Below, one piece after another: positions 38,292-46,836 of a stretch of 64,000 bases of DNA. The first letter of the stretch is position 1; each line of letters begins with the position of its first letter. Below the pieces are notes generated by a model, which saw nothing but the letters and a program-made list of their open reading frames with translations, had not been told where the DNA came from and searched no databases. Both the position numbers and the translations under genes were made by a program. The stretch spans positions 39,328 to 103,327 of the forward strand of contig JBEKHC010000039.1 in assembly GCA_050012475.1 (NCBI GenBank), written 5' to 3'. This DNA comes from Candidatus Velthaea sp. (GTDB lineage: Bacteria; Vulcanimicrobiota; Vulcanimicrobiia; Vulcanimicrobiales; Vulcanimicrobiaceae).

Positions 38292-38414
38292 AAAGATGGA
38301 TTCCACGACGCGCATTCCTCCTACCGATCGTTCGCCGGAAGCGGCTGACGATTCTGTTTCGGGTCGACGAGGCCGCAATCCACGAGCCTGGTCGACTTCG
38401 CGCTTCCTGCGCTC

Positions 38415-38467
38415 ACGAGCAATCTACGTTTTACGAGCAATCTACGTTTAACGAGGAATGTATGTCT
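38415..38467 (+). repeat. 18-bp tandem repeat (two near-perfect copies, one degenerate copy carrying the RBS and start)
   Basis: ACGAGCAATCTACGTTTT / ACGAGCAATCTACGTTTA / ACGAGGAATGTATGTCT. Confidence 0.7.
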
Positions 38468-39862
38468 GTCGAAGCAAGTGTTCCAAGCGCGGCGGCACCG
38501 CGCGATTCAAGCGGTTGGATCCGCGAATTGTTCGCCAAAGAAGATTGGTGGGCCGTCTGGATCGGTCTCGCAATCGTTCTCGTTGCCGTGCTGCTCTTCG
38601 AGAGCGGGAGCAGCATCAAGTGGCTCGCCATCGCACCCAAGAAATGGAGCACGCTGCCGGACATTGCCGGCCAACTCGGCTCACACGCCGTGCAATATAT
38701 CGCGCTTTTCGTTACTTGGGCGATCTTGCTCGGCATCGGTGCGCGTACCGTCGGTCTCCGGCTCGCGCACTTTCTGCCCTCGTTTGCCCTAGTGTTTGTC
38801 CTTACGGTTCCAATCTTCGCGCTGGGGCTCTGGGATCAGGCGGCGCGCTATAGTCTCGAGCCGCCGGTCGTAGCGCTCCTCGTCGGGCTGGTGATCTCGA
38901 ACTTCGTTCGCCTTCCCGCCTGGATGGACGCCGGTTTCCGGGTCGAATACTACATCAAAATCGGGATCGTGCTGCTCGGCGCAACGCTGCCGCTCACCCT
39001 CATCCTGTGGGCTGGACCGGTTGCCATCGTTCAAGCAGCGATCGTCTCGCTGATCACGTTTGGCGTCATCTACTTCGTTGCGACCGGCTTAGGTCTCGAT
39101 CGCCGGCTCGCGGCAACCCTCGGCGCAGGCGGTGCGATTTGCGGCGTGTCAGGCTCGATCGCCGTGGCCGGCGCGGTCGGCGCGAAAAAGGAGCACGCCC
39201 CGATCGCGATCACGCTCGTCGTACTCTGGGCGATCGTGATGGTCTTCGTGCTGCCGTTCGCATCTCACGCCTTCGGCCTTTCGACCGGGGTTGCCGGTGC
39301 ATGGATCGGCTCATCGGAGTTCGCTGATGCGACGGGCCTCGCCGCAGCGCAATTCTACGGCGGTTATGCAGGGCACGATCCGCGCATAACCGGCGCTGCC
39401 GACAACGCGGTCACCACATTTACGCTCATGAAGGTGATCGGACGAGACATTTGGATCGGAGTTTGGGCCTTCGTGTTGTCGATCGTCGCGACCACGCGAT
39501 GGGACAAGACCGGTGTTGACGTTCGGCCTGACCCCGGCGAGATCTGGTGGCGCTTTCCCAAGTTCGTGCTGGGCTTCCTGGCGGCATCGATCATTATCAC
39601 CGTGCTCACCGGGCACCTCAGTTTCTCGGCGTTCAGCAAAAACTTCACCAGCGACCTAGTCGGGCCGATCAAGGACTTGCGCACTTGGGCCTTCACCTTC
39701 TGCTTTCTGAGCATCGGGTTGACGACGCGGCTGCGCGACCTTGCAACGGCCGGTGCGCGACCGTTTTGGGCTTTTACCAGCGGCGTCGTGGTCAATGTGA
39801 TTCTCGGTCTGCTGCTGTCTGCGGTCGTGTTCGGCGGCTATTGGAGCCGGCTCGGGCAATGA
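38462..39862 (+). CDS. YeiH-family (putative sulfate exporter) membrane transporter
   Basis: EDWWAVWIG, YIKIGIVLLGA, AICGVSGSIA, RFPKFVLGF. Confidence 0.85.
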   Translation: MSVEASVPSAAAPRDSSGWIRELFAKEDWWAVWIGLAIVLVAVLLFESGSSIKWLAIAPKKWSTLPDIAGQLGSHAVQYIALFVTWAILLGIGARTVGLRLAHFLPSFALVFVLTVPIFALGLWDQAARYSLEPPVVALLVGLVISNFVRLPAWMDAGFRVEYYIKIGIVLLGATLPLTLILWAGPVAIVQAAIVSLITFGVIYFVATGLGLDRRLAATLGAGGAICGVSGSIAVAGAVGAKKEHAPIAITLVVLWAIVMVFVLPFASHAFGLSTGVAGAWIGSSEFADATGLAAAQFYGGYAGHDPRITGAADNAVTTFTLMKVIGRDIWIGVWAFVLSIVATTRWDKTGVDVRPDPGEIWWRFPKFVLGFLAASIIITVLTGHLSFSAFSKNFTSDLVGPIKDLRTWAFTFCFLSIGLTTRLRDLATAGARPFWAFTSGVVVNVILGLLLSAVVFGGYWSRLGQ

Positions 39863-40071
39863 GCGAAACGGACGGGCGGCACTGCGCGAGTTGCCGATAT
39901 TTCGATAACGCGCCGGCGACGCTCGAACAGCTGATCCCGGGACTGCGTTCGCTGAGTTCCGGTTTTGCCGCCGTTCGTGACCGGGACGGGCTTTGCCGTT
40001 TCCACGATCGCTATCTCCCCGCAAGCGCCGGCTGTTCCGACTTTGCGGCCGCGCGAACGAAACGGCGGTGA
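39859..40071 (+). CDS. Small 4-Cys protein (HiPIP-like Cys spacing), 70 aa
   Basis: ATGA overlap with the YeiH stop; CASCRYF...DGLCRFH...AGCSDF. Confidence 0.65.
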   Translation: MSETDGRHCASCRYFDNAPATLEQLIPGLRSLSSGFAAVRDRDGLCRFHDRYLPASAGCSDFAAARTKRR

Positions 40072-40118
40072 GCGCACCGGCGACGCGTCCATCGCGCAAG
40101 ACCGTGCTTCCGGTGCGG

Positions 40119-40300
40119 TTGACAGGCCTTGCAATCGAATGCTAGTCTCGTACCAAGTATGGTTTGTCACGCGCACGCTCAAACGCCGTCCTGTTGTCGC
40201 TGTCCGCTTTTGCATCGGGAGAGATTGTTGCGCGTCTAACCGCCATTACTCGCAGGCGTAGCGTGAAGCCCTCTGCCGATTCGGCAGAGGGCTTTCTCGT
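40119..40300 (+). promoter_or_regulatory. Putative Cys attenuator L9: leader MVCHAHAQTPSCCRCPLLHRERLLRV (40159-40239), terminator 40265-40295
   Basis: TTGACA-18-TAGTCT, ATG 10 nt later; ATCGGGAGAG pairs 9/10 with CTCTGCCGAT; long GC stem with a short T tract. Confidence 0.82.
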
Positions 40301-40432
40301 GTGCTCCTCGAGTGTGAACCGCAGCCGTATGAGTCGTGAGCGATGAGGCGTTGCCGACCTGTTTCGTTCGACGTCAGCCACCAATGTCGCAGGAACGTGG
40401 CCGTAGCTGCGGCCGATCGAAAGGAACACCTC

Positions 40433-41752
40433 TTGGCGCTCAAGGCTTATTGGAACGAAGAGATCGAAACGCTTCCCCGCCGCGAGCTCGAAGCGCTGCA
40501 GCGGGATCGGCTCGCGTCGCACTTGCAATTGGCATATGCGAAGTCGCCCTACTACCGCGGTGCCTTCGATGCGGCCGGAGTGAAACCCGATGCTTTGGTA
40601 ACGCTCGCCGATCTGCGTAAGTTTCCGTTCACCAACAAACAAATAGAGCGCGAGCGCCAAGTCGCTGCGCCGCTGCTGGGCGACATGACCGCCGTCACGG
40701 AGGAGGAAGTCGTCTTCGTTTCGGCCTCGAGCGGATCCACCGGCGTCCCGACCGTCAGCCCATTCACGGCGGAAGATTTCGACACGTGGCAAGACATCGA
40801 GGCGCGCCTGTTCTGGATGACCGGCATCAGGCCGTCGGACCGCTACGTTCATGCCCTGAACTTCACGCTGTTCGTCGGCGGTCCGGACGTCATCGGTGCG
40901 CAGCGCTTGGGCGCCTTGTGCATCTGGGCGGGCACGATTCCATCGGACCGTTTGCTCTACATCATGAAAGCGTTTCGACCCACCGTCACTTGGACGACTC
41001 CATCGTATGCCTGGCATCTCGGAGAGACGGCCAAAGCGGAGGGAATCGATCCGGCGCGCGACCTCGCGATCCGCCGCATCATCGTGGCTGGCGAGCCAGG
41101 CGGCTCCATCCCCGGCACGCGCAAGGCCATCGAAGATCTGTGGGGCGCCGAGCTGTTCGATTTCTATGGGATTTCCGATATCTACGGTGCATGCGCGGGC
41201 CAATGCGCGCGGCACGAGGGACTGCACTTGGTTGAAGACCAGATCCTCTTAGAAGTGCTGGATCCAGCGACCGGAGAGCCGGTCGCGGACGGCAGCCAAG
41301 GGGAGATGGTCCTCACCACGCTGCAAAAGCGCGCCCGTCCGATGATTCGCTTCCGCACCGGCGACATCATCACCGCGGACCGTTCGCCCTGCGCCTGCGG
41401 CAGGACCCACGCGCGCATCTCCGTGATCGGCCGCCTCGACGATATGTTCATCGTTTCGGGAGTGAACGTCTTCCCCAGCGACGTGGAGCACGTGATCCGC
41501 CAGATTCCCGCGCTCACCGGTGAATACCGGATTCGGCTCTACGAAGAGGAGCATCTCACGCGCTTCGACTTGGAGATCGAAGTTGAAGACGGCGCCGGCC
41601 GTACCGAGCCGCTGGTCGAAGCCGTTTCAAACGCAATAAAGGCGCGCCTCGGATTACGGCCCAAACGAGTGACCGTTGTCGCGAATGGCTCGCTTCCGCG
41701 AAGTACGCACAAAGCAAAACGTGTCGTCGATGAACGCACTAGCGTTGGATAA
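40433..41752 (+). CDS. Phenylacetate-CoA ligase (PaaK)-family adenylate-forming enzyme
   Basis: SSGSTGVP, YGISD, RFRTGD, GRLDDMFIVSGVNVFP, KAKRVVD; start set at TTG 40433 behind AAGGA. Confidence 0.88.
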   Translation: MALKAYWNEEIETLPRRELEALQRDRLASHLQLAYAKSPYYRGAFDAAGVKPDALVTLADLRKFPFTNKQIERERQVAAPLLGDMTAVTEEEVVFVSASSGSTGVPTVSPFTAEDFDTWQDIEARLFWMTGIRPSDRYVHALNFTLFVGGPDVIGAQRLGALCIWAGTIPSDRLLYIMKAFRPTVTWTTPSYAWHLGETAKAEGIDPARDLAIRRIIVAGEPGGSIPGTRKAIEDLWGAELFDFYGISDIYGACAGQCARHEGLHLVEDQILLEVLDPATGEPVADGSQGEMVLTTLQKRARPMIRFRTGDIITADRSPCACGRTHARISVIGRLDDMFIVSGVNVFPSDVEHVIRQIPALTGEYRIRLYEEEHLTRFDLEIEVEDGAGRTEPLVEAVSNAIKARLGLRPKRVTVVANGSLPRSTHKAKRVVDERTSVG

Positions 41753-42023
41753 AAGCGCACAACCGGCGCGATCTCCAATGGACCGGCTCGGAGTACGCGC
41801 ATTTCGCGCTCGCTTGAGGAACAGCCGCCGACAACACGGGCGGTCCGGGCCGACGGCGCCGGTAGCGACATGTTCCGCAACACCGTCACGCATGTCACTT
41901 TCGTCGCAAGGCAAAGGTGTGTCAACGCGCCAAGAAAATCTGTCACAAGGCTGCTTTGTAAGCGCGCTTGCGCATTCGCGTGTTTTTTTTCCGAGATGTC
42001 CGGAGAAGGTTGAGATTTAAACG

Positions 42024-42953
42024 ATGGCCGACCCTGCGACCCCTGCAAGAGCCCTAGGCGACGACGCCGCCAGGCAACTCGCAAATGCCACCAAGACCGT
42101 TCCGCAATACGACATCATCACGCCGCGGTGGCTCGTGCGCTGTCTGCAGTGGGTGCCGGTCGAGGCGGGCGTTTTCCGGCTGAACCGGGTCAAGGACGCG
42201 AGCAGCGTCGCCGTCGACTGCGCCGATCGCGACGAGCGCGATCTGCCCGAAACGTACGTCAATTACGAAGAAAACCCGCGCGAGTATTTGCTGTGCGCGG
42301 TGACGACCGTCGTCGACGTTCACACACGCGTCTCCGACCTCTACAGCGTTCCCCACAACCAGATCGCGCAGCAGCTCCGCCTGGCCATCGAGACCATCAA
42401 GGAACGCCAAGAGAGCGAACTCATCAATAACGCCGAGTACGGGCTGTTGAGCAGCGCGACGCCGGCGCAAAAGCTCTCGACGCTTGGCGGCGCCCCCACC
42501 CCCGACGACCTCGACTCCCTTATCGCGAAAGTCTGGAAAGAGCCGGGCTTCTTCCTCGCTCATCCCTCCGCGATTGCGGCGTTCGGCCGCGAATGCACGC
42601 GCCGCGGCGTCCCGCCCGCCACCATCAACCTGTTCGGCTCGCCGTTCATCACCTGGCGCGGCATCCCGCTCATCCCGTCGGATAAAGTGAAGGTCGTCGA
42701 CGGCAAGACCAACATCTTGCTGATGCGTACCGGCGATGCGCGTCAGGGCGTCGTCGGCCTCTACCAGCCGAATCTCCCCGGCGAACAGAGCATGGGTCTT
42801 GCGGTGCGCTTCATGGGCATCGATCGCAAGGGCATCGCGTCGTATCTAATCTCGCTGTATTGCGCGCTCGCGGTACTAACGGACGACGCCCTCGGTGTTC
42901 TCGAGAACGTCGACGTGACGAAGTTCCCTGTGTACACGCATACCTATGCCTGA
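42024..42953 (+). CDS. Family 2A encapsulin shell protein (SrpI / major membrane protein I-like)
   Basis: ARQLANATKT, ITPRWL, YEENPREY, VHTRVSDLYS, ERQESELINN, PTPDDLD, ECTRRGVPP. Confidence 0.92.
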   Translation: MADPATPARALGDDAARQLANATKTVPQYDIITPRWLVRCLQWVPVEAGVFRLNRVKDASSVAVDCADRDERDLPETYVNYEENPREYLLCAVTTVVDVHTRVSDLYSVPHNQIAQQLRLAIETIKERQESELINNAEYGLLSSATPAQKLSTLGGAPTPDDLDSLIAKVWKEPGFFLAHPSAIAAFGRECTRRGVPPATINLFGSPFITWRGIPLIPSDKVKVVDGKTNILLMRTGDARQGVVGLYQPNLPGEQSMGLAVRFMGIDRKGIASYLISLYCALAVLTDDALGVLENVDVTKFPVYTHTYA

Positions 42954-45132
42954 TCTGCCGGATCCGCAATCGCTGGGCGCGCCCGGCGAAGACCTCATCG
43001 GTCGCATGGCCAACGCGATGTTTCGGGCCGCGACGCAAAGCGTCGCGTGGCCCGGCGGCCTTCCGAGCGGAACCGGCACGCCGCTGGGCGGCTTCGGCGC
43101 GGCCCTGCCGTCGACACCGCTGCCGGACGCGTTTGCGCCGACGATCACCGCTCCGAGCGCCGTCCCGGCCGGCACGATTCCGCCAGGCACGATTCCGCCG
43201 GATATTGCAACGGCTGCGCCGCCGCCGCTCGCGGCGCCGAGCGTTTCCGGCTTCGATGCCGCTCCAAGCGGAACGCCCGGCATAGCGCTGGGCGGTTTCG
43301 GCGCACCGCTGCCTTCGACGCCGCTTCCCGACGCTGCCGCGCCGGGCGCGGTTCCCGGCGATTCTGCCTTCAATCCGGTCGGCATCTCGAATCCCGTCGA
43401 ATCGAAGCCCGCGCCGGAGTCCGCAGCGCTACCGCCCCACGGTGGGGTCACGCCCGACGGTTTCTCCGGCGCTCCGGCAACCGCGCCGCGCGGCGGCTTC
43501 GGTGCTCCGCTGCCTGGCCACGCCGCGCCTGAACGCGGAACGCCCGAGTTCAACGTGCCCGCGTTATCCGACGCGAGCCTTTTCGTTCCCGACCAAGCCA
43601 TCCCAACCGACACGCTTTCGCGGCGTGGCCAGCCCGGCACGCTGCCCGAGTCGTCGTTGCCCACGTCGTCGTTGCCCGCGTCGTCGTTGCCCGGCGCGAA
43701 AATGCCCGGCCCGTCATCGCCTAGCGTGCCGCCGCTCGGACTCGCGATTCCCGGTGAAGACGATCTTCGCGCATTGCTCGCGGCCGCGGCCATCCCGTTC
43801 GTGCAACCGACGTTGCAGGACGCCGCATCGCCGCACTACTATTTCCTGAAGCCGCCGGCGGAGCTCGCCGCCGCACCGGCCGCGGACGGCTTCGACGTGG
43901 ATCTCGTCCGGCACGATTTCCCGATCTTGTCCGAACGCGTCCATGGCCGGCCGCTGATCTGGTTCGACAATGCGGCCACCACGCAAAAGCCGCAAGCGGT
44001 AATCGACCGCCTGAGCTATTTCTACGAACACGAGAACTCCAACATCCATCGTGCCGCGCACGACTTGGCCGCACGTGCGACCGACGCGTACGAAAAGGCT
44101 CGCGAGACCGTGCGCCGCTTCATCAATGCTGGTTCCGCCGACGAGATCGTTTTCGTGCGCGGCACCACCGAAGCGATCAATCTGATCGCCAACACGTGGG
44201 GCCGGCGTTTCATCGGCAAGGGCGACGAGATCGTCGTCACCTGGCTCGAGCATCACGCCAACATCGTGCCGTGGCTGCTGGTGTGCGAGCAGACCGGGGC
44301 GATCCTCAAAGTCGCTCCGGTCGACGACCGCGGTCAAGTCAAACTCGATGAGTACGGGAAGCTCCTGGGGCCGCGCACCAAATTAGTGTCGTTTACCTCG
44401 GTCTCGAACGCGCTGGGGACGATCACGCCGGCCAAAGTCATGACCGATATGGCCCACGCCGCCGGCGCACGCGTGCTGCTCGACGGGGCCCAATCGGTCT
44501 CGCATATGCGCTCGGACGTTGCGGCACTCGACGTCGACTGGTTCGTGTTCTCGGGACACAAGGTCTTCGGGCCGACCGGGATCGGCGCGGTGTACGGCAA
44601 GCCCGACGTGCTCGCGGAATCACCGCCGTGGCAAGGCGGCGGCAACATGATCGAGGATGTGACGTTCGAACGGGCCCTCTACAAGGCACCGCCGAGCCGG
44701 TTCGAGGCCGGGACGGGGAACATCGCCGATGCCGTCGGTCTGGGCGCTGCGCTGGAATACGTCGAACGCGTCGGCATCGAGGCGATCGGCCGCCACGAAC
44801 ACGATCTGCTCGCGTTCGCAACGCGGTTGCTGCTCGACATACCGGGGCTGCGGATCATCGGCACGGCGGCCGAAAAGGCCGGCGTGATCTCCTTCGTCCT
44901 CGACGGGATCGACCCGGTCGAAGTGGGAACCGCGCTCAACGAAGACGGCATCGCCGTCCGGGCTGGTCACCACTGCGCGCAACCCATTCTGCGCCGCTTC
45001 GGCTTGGAAAGCACCGTGCGCGCGTCACTCGCGCTCTATAATACGCTGGCCGAAGTCGACGCATTGGCCGCGTCGGTGCGCCGGATTCAATCGAAGCGAG
45101 CACCGCATCGCGGGGCGCGCTCGGCGGTTTGA
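42946..45132 (+). CDS. Encapsulin-cargo cysteine desulfurase (SufS-like) with ~310-aa Pro/Gly-rich N-terminal extension
   Basis: DNAATTQKP, FSGHK (PLP Lys), RAGHHCAQP; overlaps the shell gene's end. Confidence 0.92.
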   Translation: MPDLPDPQSLGAPGEDLIGRMANAMFRAATQSVAWPGGLPSGTGTPLGGFGAALPSTPLPDAFAPTITAPSAVPAGTIPPGTIPPDIATAAPPPLAAPSVSGFDAAPSGTPGIALGGFGAPLPSTPLPDAAAPGAVPGDSAFNPVGISNPVESKPAPESAALPPHGGVTPDGFSGAPATAPRGGFGAPLPGHAAPERGTPEFNVPALSDASLFVPDQAIPTDTLSRRGQPGTLPESSLPTSSLPASSLPGAKMPGPSSPSVPPLGLAIPGEDDLRALLAAAAIPFVQPTLQDAASPHYYFLKPPAELAAAPAADGFDVDLVRHDFPILSERVHGRPLIWFDNAATTQKPQAVIDRLSYFYEHENSNIHRAAHDLAARATDAYEKARETVRRFINAGSADEIVFVRGTTEAINLIANTWGRRFIGKGDEIVVTWLEHHANIVPWLLVCEQTGAILKVAPVDDRGQVKLDEYGKLLGPRTKLVSFTSVSNALGTITPAKVMTDMAHAAGARVLLDGAQSVSHMRSDVAALDVDWFVFSGHKVFGPTGIGAVYGKPDVLAESPPWQGGGNMIEDVTFERALYKAPPSRFEAGTGNIADAVGLGAALEYVERVGIEAIGRHEHDLLAFATRLLLDIPGLRIIGTAAEKAGVISFVLDGIDPVEVGTALNEDGIAVRAGHHCAQPILRRFGLESTVRASLALYNTLAEVDALAASVRRIQSKRAPHRGARSAV

Positions 45133-45172
45133 CAGGAACGGCCGGCTCGACGGTTTGACGGGGAACGGCCGG
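45125..45172 (+). repeat. 22-bp direct repeat at the desulfurase stop codon
   Basis: CGGTTTGAC(A/G)GGAACGGCCGGC twice, period 26. Confidence 0.65.
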
Positions 45173-45239
45173 CGCGGTGCGTCGCCTCGCGAACGCGCCG
45201 CGGGACCGACGGCCGGCAAAGGGTTACTGGTTCCGAGCT

Positions 45240-45271
45240 CCGAGGGTCGCGCCGCGCGACCCTCGGGTTTT
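45240..45271 (+). terminator. Hairpin between the convergent desulfurase and cysE genes
   Basis: CCGAGGGTCGCG/CGCGACCCTCGG stem followed by GTTTT. Confidence 0.55.
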
Positions 45272-45359
45272 CGGCTTCGCCTAATCCGAGCGGGTATCGA
45301 GCGAAGTCACGGCGCACCCGTTTTGCGCCCTTTGGCCGACGGGCCGTCAGCGAAAGGCG

Positions 45360-46256
45360 TCAGATCGCGAATTCGGAGTATTCGTAGGACAGACTCTTGA
45401 GAATTTTATCGAGCGCCTGAACTTGAGAGCTCTTTTCCGATGCCTTGATGATTTTTGCCGGAATTCCGGCGACAGTCGCTTTCGGGGGAACGGATTGAAG
45501 CACGAGCGCTCCCGCGGCGATGCGGGCGTACGATCCGATTTCGATGTTGCCCAGGATCTTGGCCCCCGCGCCGATCATGGCGCCGCGCCGAATTTTTGGA
45601 TGGCGATCGCGTGCTTCTTTTCCGGTCCCGCCTAAGGTGACGTCTTGGAGGAGCGAAACGTCGTCTTCGATCACAGCGGTTTCACCGACGACCAGTCCCG
45701 TCGCATGATCGAGAAAGATACCCTTGCCGAACCTCACCGCCGGATGGATGTCCGTTTGGAACACATCCGACGAGCGGCTTTGCAAATAGAGCGCGAAGTC
45801 GCGCTCGCCGCGGTGCCATAACCAATGGGCCAGACGATGGGTCTGAACAGCGTGAAATCCTTTGAAATAGAGGAACGGCTCGATCAGCCGCTCGCACGCG
45901 GGATCGCGTTCGAGCACGGCCGCGATATCGGCGCGAATGGCCTTCGCGATCGAATGATCGGCGTCGAAGGCGCGGTGGAACGTCTGCACCAAGGCGTCAA
46001 TTGCCAGCGTGCTATTCGCCAGCCGGGCGGCAACCCGATGAATGATCGCCGCCTCGAATGAGGGCTGGGCAAGAATCGAATCAACGAACAACGGGGCGAG
46101 CATCGGGGCCTGCCGGTTGGCGTCCTCGGCTTCTTTCCGAAGGCGCGTCCAAAGGTCATCGCGCGGGGCTTGCCGTTCCGCAGGCTCCGCCTGATGTTCC
46201 CCAGTTTCCCCGCGCTGGGTTGAGATGACTTGGCTATTGACGGAGTGGAGCGCCAC
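45360..46256 (-). CDS. cysE: Serine O-acetyltransferase
   Basis: ERDPAC, YFKGFHA, DIHPA, LDHATG, VTLGGTGKE..RHPKI; start set at GTG 46256 behind GGGGA. Confidence 0.93.
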   Translation of the reverse strand: MALHSVNSQVISTQRGETGEHQAEPAERQAPRDDLWTRLRKEAEDANRQAPMLAPLFVDSILAQPSFEAAIIHRVAARLANSTLAIDALVQTFHRAFDADHSIAKAIRADIAAVLERDPACERLIEPFLYFKGFHAVQTHRLAHWLWHRGERDFALYLQSRSSDVFQTDIHPAVRFGKGIFLDHATGLVVGETAVIEDDVSLLQDVTLGGTGKEARDRHPKIRRGAMIGAGAKILGNIEIGSYARIAAGALVLQSVPPKATVAGIPAKIIKASEKSSQVQALDKILKSLSYEYSEFAI

Positions 46257-46310
46257 GCGTGTTTCCCCAATGAATTCGAGACAGCAAATTCGAGACAGCA
46301 AATAAGAGAG

Positions 46311-46494
46311 CAAAGAAATGAAGAACCCCTCGGCACAGCGAGGGGCTCTTTAGGTAACGCGGACCCGGCGGGTCAAACGCTAGTCGATGAGCAATCGCCG
46401 TTCAAGGGCTGCACGAACCTCAGACAACAACAACCAACGAGAGACCGGCGTAAGCGCATGCGCGAACGATATCATTCTCGCCCGGTCCTGTCAA
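46311..46494 (-). promoter_or_regulatory. Putative Cys attenuator L10: leader MRLRRSLVGCCCLRFVQPLNGDCSSTSV (46459-46373), terminator 46350-46311
   Basis: TTGACA-17-TATCGT, ATG 6 nt later; TGT-TGT-TGT; ACGGCGA pairs with terminator arm TCGCTGT. Confidence 0.86.
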
Positions 46495-46633
46495 ATTGTT
46501 GACATTCCGCTCACCGGGGCCGCACGCTCCATCCACGGGCGCGGCGGCGTCGGACCAGCGTTCGCAACCACCGTGTACAGAACCGCGTGCGACCTTCGAT
46601 AGACGCGAAAACGGCCAGTCGCCATGCCAGCTT

Positions 46634-46777
46634 CAGCGTGTCGAGCAGCGTGCGGCCCGGAAAGCGCCAGCGCACCAGCAGATACGCGATCGCAGTACCG
46701 AAGGTGATCGCCTGCTGCACGTCCGGCTGCTGCAATGCGGCGAAAAACTCACTGGGCGTCGAGCGCACGATCGCGTA
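46634..46777 (-). pseudogene. Fragment of a CysT/ModB-type anion ABC permease
   Basis: FGTAIAYLLVRWRFPGRTLLDTL resembles the conserved CysT/ModB segment; the rest of the gene is absent. Confidence 0.55.
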
Positions 46778-46836
46778 GTCGCTCTCTGCCTGGCGCCTTC
46801 CGTTCGATTCAAGACCGGCGCGCCGGTGAAACGGCA

